A DNA stretch of 64,000 nucleotides from Candidatus Binatia bacterium (GCA_963666515.2 OY762897.2:2880001-2944000), one strand, 5' to 3'. Counted from the first letter of the stretch, positions 1 through 10,132 are shown. A program made the numbers and translations. The notes: generated by a model not told the origin, from the sequence alone.

Positions 1-869
1 ACGCCGTTCAGGCCCACCAGCGGGGCGCCGCCGTAGTGCGCGTAGTCGAGGCGGTCGTAGGCGCTTGTGATGGCGCCACGCGACAGCAGGTAGCCCGCAC
101 GGCTGAGCAGGCTGCTGCGGAAGGCCCCCTTCAGGACCGAGGATACGAACTGTCCGAGTCCTTCCATGGTCTTCAACGCCACGTTGCCGGTGAAGCCGTC
201 GCACACCACCACGTTCACCCGGCCGTTGGTGATGTCCCGGCCTTCCACGTGGCCGGCGAAATTCAACTCCGTGGAGCGCAGCTCACGGATCGCCTCCCGC
301 GTGAGGTCGTTGCCCTTGCCGTCCTCTTCCCCGTTGCTGAGCACGCCCACGCGCGGGTTTTCGATGCCGAGGATCTTCTCCGCGTAGACGGCGCCCATGT
401 GCGCGAACTGGACCAGTTGCCGCGGCTTGCAGTCGGTGTTGGCGCCCCCGTCCAGGAGCACCGTTCCGCCGGAGAGCGAGGGGCTCACCGTGAGGATCGC
501 GGGGCGGTCCACCCCCGGCAGCCGGCCGAGCACGAACATGCCGATGGCCATCATGGCCCCGGAGTTTCCGGCGCTCACCACCGCGTCCGCCTCACCGGCC
601 TTGAGCCGGTCGAAGGCGACTCTCATGGAAGAATCCTTCTGCTTCAGCGCCCGGCTGGGCGAGTCGTGCATGTCGATGGAGGAGGCGGCGGGAACGACGT
701 GCACCGGAAGCCGGTTCGCTGGGCGTTGCGACAGCTCGGGCTCCACCGCGTCCGGCTGGCTTACCAGGGTGATCTCCACCCCGTATTCTTCCGCGGCCTG
801 GAGGGCGCCCGCGACGACAACGCCCGGGCCGTGGTCGCCGCCCATCGCGTCAACGATAATCCGCCGCAT
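1..869 (-). CDS. plsX: phosphate acyltransferase PlsX (3' end runs off the window)
   Basis: Hand translation of the minus strand from ATG at 869 gives MRRIIVDAMGGDHGP, then VSAGNSGA, DRPAI, LDGGANTDC and NGEEDGKG motifs. It lies downstream of rpmF. Not in the ORF track. Confidence 0.95.
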   Translation of the reverse strand, partial: MRRIIVDAMGGDHGPGVVVAGALQAAEEYGVEITLVSQPDAVEPELSQRPANRLPVHVVPAASSIDMHDSPSRALKQKDSSMRVAFDRLKAGEADAVVSAGNSGAMMAIGMFVLGRLPGVDRPAILTVSPSLSGGTVLLDGGANTDCKPRQLVQFAHMGAVYAEKILGIENPRVGVLSNGEEDGKGNDLTREAIRELRSTELNFAGHVEGRDITNGRVNVVVCDGFTGNVALKTMEGLGQFVSSVLKGAFRSSLLSRAGYLLSRGAITSAYDRLDYAHYGGAPLVGLNG

Positions 870-892
870 CACGGACCCGGAAACGGGGTGGT

Positions 893-1075
893 CTAGGTTT
901 CCTCGCCGGGTATGACGGACCGGCCCTTGTAGTAGCCGCAGGCGGCGCAGGCTCTGTGCCTCAGGGTCGCTTCACCGCAACGCGAGCAGGCTATCCACCG
1001 GGGCGCGGCAATGGCGTCATGGGACCGGCGCTTGTTTCTCTTGCTGTTGGAGGTTCGTCTCTTGGGTACGGGCAT
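893..1075 (-). CDS. rpmF: 50S ribosomal protein L32
   Basis: MPVPKRRTS...RRSH, CxxC...HRACxxCGYY; yceD-rpmF-plsX synteny. Confidence 0.97.
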   Translation of the reverse strand: MPVPKRRTSNSKRNKRRSHDAIAAPRWIACSRCGEATLRHRACAACGYYKGRSVIPGEET

Positions 1076-1119
1076 GTCTGATATCCGTCCTGCCTGTTGA
1101 TTTCGCCGACTCGCCGGGT

Positions 1120-1641
1120 CTAACGGTCCACCCGGAGGTTACGGAAAACGGCCATACGGGGATCCCCCGGCGGCGCGCATTCACAACCCGTCCGGTTCAA
1201 CTCGGCGCCGCAACCGGGGCACAGGCCGCGACAGCTTTCGCTGCACAGCGGCCGCATAGGCAAGGCGAGTAGCGTTTGCTCGCGGACATAGGGAGAGAGG
1301 TCGATGTCTTCCCCGGAGTAGAAACTCAAACCCATCTCGTCCGCCGTGAGTTCCTTGTTTTTATTAGTCGGAAGGGGTTCCGGGGTCAACACGAAGTCGA
1401 AAGTTTTTTCGATGACGAACGGGAAGCTCTCCAGGCAGCGGCTGCAGTCTCCTTCCACGCTTCCCTTGAGGCCACCGTGGAAGAATATCTCCCGGCCCGA
1501 CCGGTAGCAGGTCACGTTCACGTGTATCGGCGACGGAAAGCGGAACGCCGAAACTCCCTGGCGGCCGACGTCAGGCGTCTCGGAGAAACGGCTTTCCCGC
1601 GGCACCGTGTCGATCCGTGTCAGGGGAATCCTCAAGGCCAC
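1120..1641 (-). CDS. yceD: DUF177/YceD family protein
   Basis: CSRCL and PMRPLCSESCRGLCPGCG...DPR motifs; upstream of rpmF. Confidence 0.92.
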   Translation of the reverse strand: MALRIPLTRIDTVPRESRFSETPDVGRQGVSAFRFPSPIHVNVTCYRSGREIFFHGGLKGSVEGDCSRCLESFPFVIEKTFDFVLTPEPLPTNKNKELTADEMGLSFYSGEDIDLSPYVREQTLLALPMRPLCSESCRGLCPGCGAELNRTGCECAPPGDPRMAVFRNLRVDR

Positions 1642-1805
1642 TCCGGTTACGGGAAATCTTCTTACCGGGCGAACGCCGCCCTTGTCAACGCGGGATCGGC
1701 CGCGCGCCGAAAGGCGCCGGCGCCTTGTGGACCCGGACCGTTTCTGCTAACGCAACAGGCCGTGGGTTGTCGTTGCCGAACAGGGAACTGGGCCGGAGGC
1801 GGGGC

Positions 1806-2729
1806 GTGAACGCGCGGCTGGGTCTGCTGCACGCGGTCCTCCTGGCCACGGTCGACCTGAGCACCAAGGTGCCCGCGAGCCACCCGTCGGCGCGAAACCT
1901 GGGCACCGAGAGAATGGGCTCCGGCACCATCGTCGATCCCGCCGGCGCCATCCTGACCGTCAACTACGTCGTCAACGGCGCCGAGGACATCGCCGTGACG
2001 CTGTCGGACGGCAAGCAGTACCCCGGCCGCCTCGCGGCGCAGGACTTCGACACCGGCCTCGCCCTTGTCCGCATAGACGCGGCCGACCTGCCGTTCCTGC
2101 GGCCGGCCGAATCCGTCACCATCGGCCAGCCCGCCTTCATGGTCGCCAGCGCCGGACAGCAGTCCCGGCGGGTCAGCGACGGCAGCGTCACCTCCCTCGA
2201 AGGCTACGACGGACAGTGGGAATACCTGCTCGAACGCTCGATCCGCGTGAGCGCCTTCAATCCGGGCTTCGGCGGAGGCACGCTGGCCGACTCCCGGGGC
2301 CGCCTCATGGGGGTGGTGTCGCTCAACCTGAACGAGATCGGCAAGTTCACGTTGGCGATCCCGGTGGACTACTACCTCCGCGACGCGGACGAACTGCAAC
2401 GGCACGGGCGGGTCCGCAGCCGGCCACCCCGCCCCTGGCTCGGCTTCTACCCCCAGGCTCTCGGGGGCCACGTGCTGATCACCGGGGTCACGCCTTCGGG
2501 GCCGGCGGAGAAGTCGGGCCTGCAACAGGGCGACATCATCCTCACGGTGGAGGGCCAGGAAGTGCAGACCCGGCCCCAGCTCTACCGGGAGATCTGGAAG
2601 AAGCGCGCCGGGGACGTCATCACCTTTCACGTCATCCGGGGAGACGGCTCACTGGACGTCCCGGTGGCCAGCCGTGACCGCTGGGACTTCAACCAGCCCA
2701 ACCCGCTGGGCGGCAAAGCCGACGACTGA
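1806..2729 (+). CDS. HtrA/S1C-like trypsin fold + PDZ protein with degenerate catalytic triad
   Basis: GSGTIV..ILTVNYVV, NPGFGGG and C-terminal PDZ (PWLG...GPAEKSGLQQGDII). Probable GTG start at 1806 after GGAGG. Confidence 0.85.
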   Translation: MNARLGLLHAVLLATVDLSTKVPASHPSARNLGTERMGSGTIVDPAGAILTVNYVVNGAEDIAVTLSDGKQYPGRLAAQDFDTGLALVRIDAADLPFLRPAESVTIGQPAFMVASAGQQSRRVSDGSVTSLEGYDGQWEYLLERSIRVSAFNPGFGGGTLADSRGRLMGVVSLNLNEIGKFTLAIPVDYYLRDADELQRHGRVRSRPPRPWLGFYPQALGGHVLITGVTPSGPAEKSGLQQGDIILTVEGQEVQTRPQLYREIWKKRAGDVITFHVIRGDGSLDVPVASRDRWDFNQPNPLGGKADD

Positions 2730-2754
2730 CCCACGTCCTGTGCGGAGCGGGACC

Positions 2755-3159
2755 GTGAAGAACGTAACCACCTATCGTGTCATCTACGGCGACACGGACC
2801 AGATGGGGGTGGCCTACTACGCCAACTATCTCCGGTGGTTCGAGATCGGCAGGACCGAGTTCATGCGGGAAGCGGGGATTTCCTACGAGCAGGCGGAACG
2901 CGAAGGGTTCTTCTTCCCGGTCACCGAAGCGCAGTGCCGTTACCGCAGGCCGGCCCGTTACGACGACCTGTTGCGCATCGAGACCACTATCGAATCCCTG
3001 AGCCGCGTGGCGCTGAAGTTCCACTACCGGATCGGTCTGGAAGAGGACCGCGTCGCCCTCGCGTCGGGCTGGACGAAACACGCCTGCCTCGACCTGGAGC
3101 GAAAGCTGACCCGGCTGCCGGAACCGTACGCGCGCCGGCTGGGACTCGGCGCGGGGTAG
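2755..3159 (+). CDS. acyl-CoA thioesterase (YbgC/FadM 4HBT family)
   Basis: YRVIYGDTDQMGVAYYANYLRWFEIGRTE signature; start uncertain (GTG at 2740 or 2755). Confidence 0.9.
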   Translation: MKNVTTYRVIYGDTDQMGVAYYANYLRWFEIGRTEFMREAGISYEQAEREGFFFPVTEAQCRYRRPARYDDLLRIETTIESLSRVALKFHYRIGLEEDRVALASGWTKHACLDLERKLTRLPEPYARRLGLGAG

Positions 3160-3171
3160 CGCAAGACGGGG

Positions 3172-4527
3172 TCAGGGAGACGGGGGATCCCAGGTGGGGG
3201 GATCGTCCTCGGCGGCGGGAAGCTCCGTAGGGCAGTAGATGTCCGCCACCTGCCGCAACAGCGCAATGTTGTCGGCGTGGCCGGTCATCCTCGCGGTCAC
3301 CCGGCCGCGCACGGGCCGGCCGAGGAGCGAGAAGTCGCCGACGATGTCCAGGACCTTGTGGCGCGCGAACTCGTCCTCGAACCTCAGGGTGGTGTTGATC
3401 ACCTTCTCGTCGTCGACGATGATGCAGTTGCCGAACCGGCCGCCCTTGATCATGCCCATCCGCTCGAGCTTCTCGAAATCCCGCAGGAAACCGAAGGTCC
3501 GGGCCGGGGCGATCTGCTCCCGGAAAGAATCCGCCCCCTCGTGGACGTAGGTGTATTCCTGCGTTCCCACCGGGCTGGGATAGCGCAGCCGGTAGTGAAC
3601 GGTGAAGCCGTCGGCCGGCTCGATGACGATCTCCTCGTCCCTGTCCCCGGCCACCCGAAGGGTCCGGTCGATGACGATCTCCGGGCGTTCTCCCTGCTGC
3701 TCTTCCACGCCGGCCTCCTCGATCAACCGGCAGAACTCGATGGCGGAACCGTCCATGATGGGAATCTCGCCGTACATCTTGATCAGGAGGTTCGTGACGC
3801 CGTAGGAATGGAGCGCCGCCAGCAGGTGCTCCACCGTCCCCACCACCACGCCGTCCCGCTGCAGCGAAGTGGCGAAATCCGTGGAGCGCACGTAGTCCAG
3901 GTGGGCCGGGACGGTGACGTCGGTGGAGATGCCGCCGAAGTGGATGCCGCTGTTCTCCGGCAAGGGATGCAGGATGACGCCGGTGTTGACGCCCGAATGC
4001 AGCCCGAGGCCGCACGCCACCACGCTTTTCCCGAGGGTCTTCTGCGGCGCGGCGCGGCCGCCGTTGCCGCCGGCGCCGAAGCGGCAGGACGGTTCCGGGA
4101 TACCGCCGCCCGCCGGCGCACCGGGCCCCACCCCGCCGCCGGGAGCTTCTCGCCTCGCGTCCTCGCACGCCCGCTCGATGGCGGCCAGCAAGCCGTCCAG
4201 GGAAAGCGGCTTCTCGATGAAGTCGAAAGCCCCGAGCTGCGTCGCGGCCACCGCGGTGTGGATGCTCCCGTGGCCGGAGATCATGATGACCCGCGCGTCC
4301 GGGTGTTCGCGCCGGATCTGCCTGAGAAGCACGATCCCGTCCATTTCGGGCATCCAGACGTCCAGGAGGATGACGTCCGGCTCCTCCCTCGCCACCAGCT
4401 CCATCACCTCCGACCCATCGGGGGACGCGACCACGCGGTAACCCTCGTCCGTGAGGATCTCCTTCACCGTCTCGCGGATGACGTCCTCATCGTCGACCAC
4501 CAGAACCGTTCTCTGCGCTGGCTGCAT
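3172..4527 (-). CDS. lpxC: N-terminal response-regulator receiver domain fused to UDP-3-O-acyl-GlcNAc deacetylase LpxC
   Basis: REC: VLVVDDE, LLDVWMP, MISGHG, FIEKP. Then a Gly/Pro linker. LpxC: QKTL..GLGLHSG, TVEHLLAAL, EIPIMDGSA, ARTFGF, EFARHKVLDIVGD, GH. ATG at 4527 follows GGAGG. Confidence 0.93.
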   Translation of the reverse strand: MQPAQRTVLVVDDEDVIRETVKEILTDEGYRVVASPDGSEVMELVAREEPDVILLDVWMPEMDGIVLLRQIRREHPDARVIMISGHGSIHTAVAATQLGAFDFIEKPLSLDGLLAAIERACEDARREAPGGGVGPGAPAGGGIPEPSCRFGAGGNGGRAAPQKTLGKSVVACGLGLHSGVNTGVILHPLPENSGIHFGGISTDVTVPAHLDYVRSTDFATSLQRDGVVVGTVEHLLAALHSYGVTNLLIKMYGEIPIMDGSAIEFCRLIEEAGVEEQQGERPEIVIDRTLRVAGDRDEEIVIEPADGFTVHYRLRYPSPVGTQEYTYVHEGADSFREQIAPARTFGFLRDFEKLERMGMIKGGRFGNCIIVDDEKVINTTLRFEDEFARHKVLDIVGDFSLLGRPVRGRVTARMTGHADNIALLRQVADIYCPTELPAAEDDPPTWDPPSP

Positions 4528-4595
4528 GTCTGCTGGATCCTCCATGACCACGTTCGGGGCCGGGGCGCCGGGTGTCCCCTCTCCCCACCCATACA

Positions 4596-6839
4596 CTAGC
4601 TGGTGCGGACCTCCAACGGGTCCGTCTGGGCCGCCACCGGAAACTCGATGATGAAACGCGTGCCGCACGGCTGGTTCGGGCGCACGCGAACGTATCCCCG
4701 GTGATCGGCCACGATGGTCCCGACGATCGACAGGCCGAGTCCGGTGCCGTCCTTCTTGGTGGAGTAGTAGGGCTCGAACACCCGGCCGCGATCCTCCCGG
4801 GCGATGCCCTCACCCTCGTCCGCCACCTCCAGGCGGACCATGCCGAAGGTCTCGTCGAACCGGGTCGCGATCTCCACGCGCCCCTTGCCGTTCACGGACG
4901 CGACGGCGTTGTCGAGCAGATTGAAGATGGCCCGCTTGATCTGCTCCCGGTCCACTTCGACGGGCGGGATCGGGGCCTGCTCCGAGAGGTCGAACTCCAC
5001 TTCACGGTGTCCCTCCTTGAACAGGAACAGCGCCTCGCGGACCACGTCGTTGAGATCGTCCGGCACGAGCTGCGCGGTGGGCAGCCGCGCGAAGTTGGAG
5101 AACTCGTTCACCAGGGTCTTCAGCTCGTCCACCTGCCGGATGATGGTGGACGTGCACTTGTCGAGCACCGCCCCATCGCCGTCCAGGACTTTCTCGTAGC
5201 GCTTGCGCAGACGCTGCGCCGAGAGCTGGATCGGCGTCAACGGGTTCTTGATCTCGTGAGCGATGCGGCGCGCCACCTCGCGCCAGGCCTCCACGCGCTG
5301 CACCTTCAGGACCTCGGTGATGTCCTCCATGAAGAGCATGATGCCGAGCGTGTTGCCGTCGTCGTCCCGAAGGCTGGCGGCTGCGGTCATGAGCGTCAGC
5401 GGCCCGTCGCGGCCCACGATGCGCACGTCGCGCTCCACCCCGGCACTGCCCCTGACCTGCTCGATGACGTCGAGCAGGGGCCGCAGGTTGGGGGCATGCA
5501 GCGTCTCACCGTAGTCCCGGTGGAGCACGTCTCCGGCCCGGATCCCCAACATCATCTCGGCCGCCTTGTTGACGATGGTCACCTTCCCCGACCGGTCCAC
5601 CGAGATCACTCCCGCGGTGATGTTGCCCAGCAGCGTTTCCATGTAACGCCGCCGCTGCTCCAGCTCGGTGTTGGTGTGCTTGAGGTCCGCGGTCATCTGG
5701 TTGAACGACGCCACCAGCGCTCCGATCTCGTCGTCGCCGCCGGCGTCGATGCGATAGTCCAGGTTGCCGTGGGCGACTTCATGCGTGCCTTCCGCGAACT
5801 GCTGGATCGGCACGGTGATGCCTTTGGCCAGGGCGAGCCCGAACCAGGTGGCGAGGAAGATCATCACCAGGGTGATGACCAGCAGGGTCACGACGTAGGC
5901 TTTCTTCACGGGCTCGTTGAGGACCGCCAACTGCTTGTACTCGTCGTACGAGCGGGAGATCTGCTGCGCCTTCTTGCTGATGCTCCTGGGAACGAAGTAG
6001 TCCACCACCACCGCCCCGATGATCCTTCCGCCGTCGCCGTGCACCGGCACCGCCCCCCGCAGCACGTCGCCCTCGCCCAGCGGCTGGGTGCGGTCCACCT
6101 CCAGGCCCCGCAACGCGCTGTTGAGAAAGTCCGCCTGCGGGCTCACGGTGACTCCCGTGGGCACCTGGTCGTTGAAGGCCTTGATCAGCGCGGTCCCGTC
6201 CGGCTTGTAGACCTCCACCGTGCCGAGGTTGTACTCCCGCTGCTTTTCCTCGACGAGACGCTTCAGGCCGTCGAGCTTCTTCGGATCGAGGAGTTTCTCG
6301 TCGCCGATGCGCTGGCCGAGTTGCCGGGCGAAGAAGCGCGCGTTGTCGGCCGAGTTTCGATAGTAGGTCCGGCTGATGTCGACGGAGCCCTTGAGCGCGT
6401 TGACGATCTGCGGATCGAACCACTTGTCCACCGTGTCCACCGCGCGCGTCACGAAACTCCCGGCAATGAAGAACAGCACGACGGTGGGCACCAGCGAGAT
6501 GCCGACGAAGGTGAACACCAGCCGCGCCTGAAGACGGGAGCCGAGGATCCGCCGCCGGCGGTCCAGCACCAGTTTCAGCAGGTTCCGGGAAACCAGGAAG
6601 ACCAGCAGCACCAGCAGGATGAGGTTGACGTTGACCAGCACCAGGAAGGCGACGTTGCTGGTGACGGCGTAGTCCGCGGCGCCGTGCGGCAGGAGATCGT
6701 CGAAGAACGCGAACAGGGCGAACACCAGGACCATCAGGGCGGCGATGACGATCACCCACCGCTCGCGCCTGCGCCGCTTCCGTTCGTCGGATCGAAGCGT
6801 CTCCGCGTCAGCCTTGAGTGCGCTCGTTGGAGTGGCCAA
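4596..6839 (-). CDS. NtrY-like membrane sensor histidine kinase (TM-periplasmic-HAMP-PAS-HisKA-HATPase)
   Basis: AWREVARRIAHEIKNPLTPIQLSAQRL, NLLDNA, FEPYYSTKKDGTGLGL. Probable TTG start at 6839 after GGAGG. Confidence 0.93.
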   Translation of the reverse strand: MATPTSALKADAETLRSDERKRRRRERWVIVIAALMVLVFALFAFFDDLLPHGAADYAVTSNVAFLVLVNVNLILLVLLVFLVSRNLLKLVLDRRRRILGSRLQARLVFTFVGISLVPTVVLFFIAGSFVTRAVDTVDKWFDPQIVNALKGSVDISRTYYRNSADNARFFARQLGQRIGDEKLLDPKKLDGLKRLVEEKQREYNLGTVEVYKPDGTALIKAFNDQVPTGVTVSPQADFLNSALRGLEVDRTQPLGEGDVLRGAVPVHGDGGRIIGAVVVDYFVPRSISKKAQQISRSYDEYKQLAVLNEPVKKAYVVTLLVITLVMIFLATWFGLALAKGITVPIQQFAEGTHEVAHGNLDYRIDAGGDDEIGALVASFNQMTADLKHTNTELEQRRRYMETLLGNITAGVISVDRSGKVTIVNKAAEMMLGIRAGDVLHRDYGETLHAPNLRPLLDVIEQVRGSAGVERDVRIVGRDGPLTLMTAAASLRDDDGNTLGIMLFMEDITEVLKVQRVEAWREVARRIAHEIKNPLTPIQLSAQRLRKRYEKVLDGDGAVLDKCTSTIIRQVDELKTLVNEFSNFARLPTAQLVPDDLNDVVREALFLFKEGHREVEFDLSEQAPIPPVEVDREQIKRAIFNLLDNAVASVNGKGRVEIATRFDETFGMVRLEVADEGEGIAREDRGRVFEPYYSTKKDGTGLGLSIVGTIVADHRGYVRVRPNQPCGTRFIIEFPVAAQTDPLEVRTS

Positions 6840-6956
6840 ACCGGCGTCCTCCCCCAGTTCCGTTCTATCGCTTCCGCCGGTAAAGCACAAAAGAAATGAC
6901 GGCGCTCGCCGGCCCCCGGACATCCGCCGCCAGCGCCGCGGGCGTATCGGGAACCC

Positions 6957-7994
6957 CTACAGCAGCCGCTTCTGCCGTTTCTCCCGGTCCACGCGCGAAG
7001 CGGACTGGGACCGTCCCAGGTGCCGGTAGGCCACCGGCGTGGCGACGCGGCCCTGCGGACGGCGCTCCAGGAAGCCGGCCTGGATGAGGTACGGCTCGTA
7101 GGCGTCCTCGATGGTGCCTCTTTCCTCGCCGATGGCCGCGGCGAGGGTATCCAGTCCCACCGGACCGCCGTCGAACTTGTCGATGATGGTGGCGAGGATG
7201 AGCGTATCCATCTTGTCGCAGCCCTGCTCGTCCACTTCCAGCATCTCCAGGGCCTCGCACGCCACCGGCCGGCTGATCCTTCCATCGCCGTGGACTTCCG
7301 CGTAGTCCCGTACCCGCCGCAGCAGCCGGTTGGCGATGCGCGGCGTGCCGCGGGAGCGGCGGGCGATCTCCATGAAGCCGGCGTCGTCGCCGCCCACGCC
7401 CAGGAGCGCCGCGGACCGGGCGAGCAGCTTCGCCAGCACCTCCGGCTCGTAGAAGTCGAGCCGGAACACCGCGCCGAACCGGTTGCGCAAGGCCGGCGTC
7501 AGCAGGCCGGAGCGGGTGGTGGCGCCAATGAGCGTGAACCGCTTGAGGTCCAGCTTGATGGATCGGGCGCCGGGTCCCTGGCCGATCATGACGTCCACCT
7601 GGAAGTCCTCCATGGCGGGGTACAGCACCTCCTCCACCACGTGGTTGAGGCGGTGTATCTCGTCGATGAACAGGACATCTCCGGCGTCGAGGTTGGTGAG
7701 CAGGGCGGCGAGGTCCCCGGGCCGCTCCACCACCGGGCCGGACGTGGGCCGGATGTCCACCTCCATCTCCCGGGAGATGAGGTGCGCCAGGGAGGTCTTG
7801 CCCAGGCCCGGAGGGCCGTGGAACAGGAGATGGTCCAGCACGTCGCCGCGCCGCTTGGCCGCGGTGATGGCCACGGCGAGGTTCGCCTTGACCTTCTCCT
7901 GGCCGAAGTACTCGCTGAAGCGCCGGGGCCGGAGGCTCGAGTCGTAGAGGACGTCCTCCTCGGTGCCCGCGGGCGAGATGGTCCTGTCTTCCAT
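6957..7994 (-). CDS. ruvB: Holliday junction branch migration helicase RuvB
   Basis: [40 protein letters not shown]. Confidence 0.98.
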   Translation of the reverse strand: MEDRTISPAGTEEDVLYDSSLRPRRFSEYFGQEKVKANLAVAITAAKRRGDVLDHLLFHGPPGLGKTSLAHLISREMEVDIRPTSGPVVERPGDLAALLTNLDAGDVLFIDEIHRLNHVVEEVLYPAMEDFQVDVMIGQGPGARSIKLDLKRFTLIGATTRSGLLTPALRNRFGAVFRLDFYEPEVLAKLLARSAALLGVGGDDAGFMEIARRSRGTPRIANRLLRRVRDYAEVHGDGRISRPVACEALEMLEVDEQGCDKMDTLILATIIDKFDGGPVGLDTLAAAIGEERGTIEDAYEPYLIQAGFLERRPQGRVATPVAYRHLGRSQSASRVDREKRQKRLL

Positions 7995-8024
7995 GAAAGC
8001 GGTTCCGCTGAGCCCGGCGCCCCG

Positions 8025-8609
8025 CTACCGGCTGAGCAGGCGCAAGGCCTCCTTGAGCACCGTTTCCAGCTCGGAGGCCCCCTGGTTCAGTACTTGGCGC
8101 ACGGCCCGCTCCGCATCCGCGCGCCGGTAGCCGAGATTGACCAGCGCCGACAACGCGTCGCCTCGGATGCCGGGGTCGGACGAGATTTCGGGCGCGGTTT
8201 CCGGGAGCGCGTTTATCCTATCACGCAGCTCCACGATCATGCGATCCGCCAGGCGCTTGCCCACCCCCGGAATCGACACCAGACGGGCAACGTCGCCCTC
8301 CCTGAGCGCCTCCAGCAGTTCCCCGGCGGCCATGCCCGACAGGATGTTCAGGGCCAGCCGGGGGCCGATGCCCGATACCCCGGTGAGCAGCACGAAGGCC
8401 TGCTTCTCCGCCGGGTCGAAGAAACCGAACAACTGGAGGGAGTCCTCCCGGACGTGGGTGTACACCAGCAGCGTCACCGGCTCCCCCACCTCGGGCAGCC
8501 GGTAGAACACGCTGAGGGCCGTGAAAAGCTGGTAGCCGACGCCGCCGACGTCGACGATGACCTCGCCCGGCGCCTTGTGATCCAGTATTCCGCGAACCTT
8601 AGCTATCAC
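8025..8609 (-). CDS. ruvA: Holliday junction branch migration protein RuvA
   Basis: MIAKVRG, VGGVGY, HVRED..LFGF, GIGPRLA, ALVNLGY. Confidence 0.97.
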   Translation of the reverse strand: MIAKVRGILDHKAPGEVIVDVGGVGYQLFTALSVFYRLPEVGEPVTLLVYTHVREDSLQLFGFFDPAEKQAFVLLTGVSGIGPRLALNILSGMAAGELLEALREGDVARLVSIPGVGKRLADRMIVELRDRINALPETAPEISSDPGIRGDALSALVNLGYRRADAERAVRQVLNQGASELETVLKEALRLLSR

Positions 8610-9171
8610 GATGAGACCCGGGCGAGAGGGACGGCAGGTCGTCCGCCTGCCAACGCAGGCCCCTCCCCCTCCGGCCCGTCGCGGCCAGGGCGCCGGTGCG
8701 GAAGGCGCGCAGATGGCCGTGGCAGATGGCGGCCGCCAGAGCGTCGGCCGCGTCCTCCTCGGGTTCCTCCGGCAGCCGCAGGATGGCCGTCACCATCTGC
8801 TGCACCTGGCCCTTGTCCGCGTGCCCGTATCCGGTCAACGCCTTCTTCACCTGGACCGCGTTGTACTCCGACACGGCGACTTCGTGTTCCGCCGCGGCCA
8901 GCAGGGCCACCCCGCGCACCTGACCGAGCTTGAGGGCACTCTGGACGTTGCGCGCCAGAAAGACCTTTTCCAGGCTGACGTGTCCGGGCTCGTGTTCCCG
9001 GATGACCTTGGCCAGCTCCGTGAATATGCGGCGGAGGCGCCGGTCCTGGGACTGGTTGGGAGCGGTCCGGACCGTGCCGTGGGCGACGTGTTGCAGGCGG
9101 GTTCCGTCCGCGCGGATCACGCCCCAGCCGGTCTTGAGGGTTCCAGGGTCTATGCCCAGGATGGTTTCGAT
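8599..9171 (-). CDS. ruvC: crossover junction endodeoxyribonuclease RuvC (start codon uncertain, possibly ATC at 9171)
   Basis: ILGIDPG, LGQVRGV, VKKALTGYGHADKGQV, DAADALA. Confidence 0.95.
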   Translation of the reverse strand: METILGIDPGTLKTGWGVIRADGTRLQHVAHGTVRTAPNQSQDRRLRRIFTELAKVIREHEPGHVSLEKVFLARNVQSALKLGQVRGVALLAAAEHEVAVSEYNAVQVKKALTGYGHADKGQVQQMVTAILRLPEEPEEDAADALAAAICHGHLRAFRTGALAATGRRGRGLRWQADDLPSLSPGSHRDS

Positions 9172-9190
9172 CTTTCCTTCTCCGGAGGCG

Positions 9191-9937
9191 TCACCCGGCC
9201 TTCTCGAGGATCTCGTCCGGGATGTCGAAGTTCGCCGCGACGCTCTGAACATCGTCATGGTCTTCCAGGTCCTCGGTGAGGCTGAGGGTCTGCACGGCTT
9301 CCTTCTCGCCGAGCTTCATGGTGTTCTTGGGGATCATGGCGACCTCCGCGGACGCCACGGGGATCTTCCCGTTCTCCAGGCTCTCCCGTACCGCGGCGAA
9401 GTCCTCGGGCTGCGTGATGATCTCGAACACGCCGTCACCCTCGGTGACGTCCTCGGCGCCGGCCTCCAGGGCAACCCCCAGCAACGCTTCCTCGTCCACC
9501 GCTTCCTTGGAGACGACGATGAGGCCCTTGTTGTCGAACATCCACGCCACGCAGCCGGTCTCGCCCAGACTCCCGCCGTGCTTGTTGAACAACCGCCGGA
9601 TGTCCGACACCGTGCGGTTGCGGTTGTCGGTCAGCACCTGCACCAGGAAGGCCGCCCCGCCCGGACCGTAGCCCTCGTAGCTCGTCTCCTCATAGGACAC
9701 CCCTTCCAGCTCGCCGGTGCCCTTCTTGATGGCGCGCTCGATGTTCTCGTTGGGCATGCTGTTTTCGCGGGCGGTCTGCACCGCGGTGCGCAGGCGCGGG
9801 TTGCTCGCCACGTCGCCCCCGCCCATGCGAGCCGCCACCGTGATCTCCTTGATGAACTTGGTGAAGAGCTTGCCCCGCTTGGCGTCCTTGGCTGCCTTCT
9901 TGTGCTTGATGGTGCTCCACTTGGAATGTCCGGACAT
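9191..9937 (-). CDS. yebC: YebC/PmpR family protein
   Basis: [29 protein letters not shown]; the 509-aa track ORF is over-extended. Confidence 0.97.
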   Translation of the reverse strand: MSGHSKWSTIKHKKAAKDAKRGKLFTKFIKEITVAARMGGGDVASNPRLRTAVQTARENSMPNENIERAIKKGTGELEGVSYEETSYEGYGPGGAAFLVQVLTDNRNRTVSDIRRLFNKHGGSLGETGCVAWMFDNKGLIVVSKEAVDEEALLGVALEAGAEDVTEGDGVFEIITQPEDFAAVRESLENGKIPVASAEVAMIPKNTMKLGEKEAVQTLSLTEDLEDHDDVQSVAANFDIPDEILEKAG

Positions 9938-10132
9938 GACGCGACGCTCTCCTCGGACAGGACTGGCCCCGTGGCCGGGACCGTTTGACCGACTGGGGGA
10001 CACCGAGCGAACCGCGTCCCCGGGTCCCACAATTGGTTTGCCATACGAAAGTACCACAATCGGCACCGGCCCGTAAACGGAACCGTCCGGGACCACCGTC
10101 GTGTCCCCGCTTCCATGCGGCGCGCGTTGCGG

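Noticed and set aside
36-896. 286-aa plus-strand ORF
   Set aside because: Antisense shadow of plsX, which the track missed because it runs off the window.
4572-8933. Long antisense ORFs (775 aa, 637 aa) and similar ones opposite ACAD, tctA, mfd and uvrA
   Set aside because: Stop-poor mirror frames typical of high-GC genes, with no motifs.
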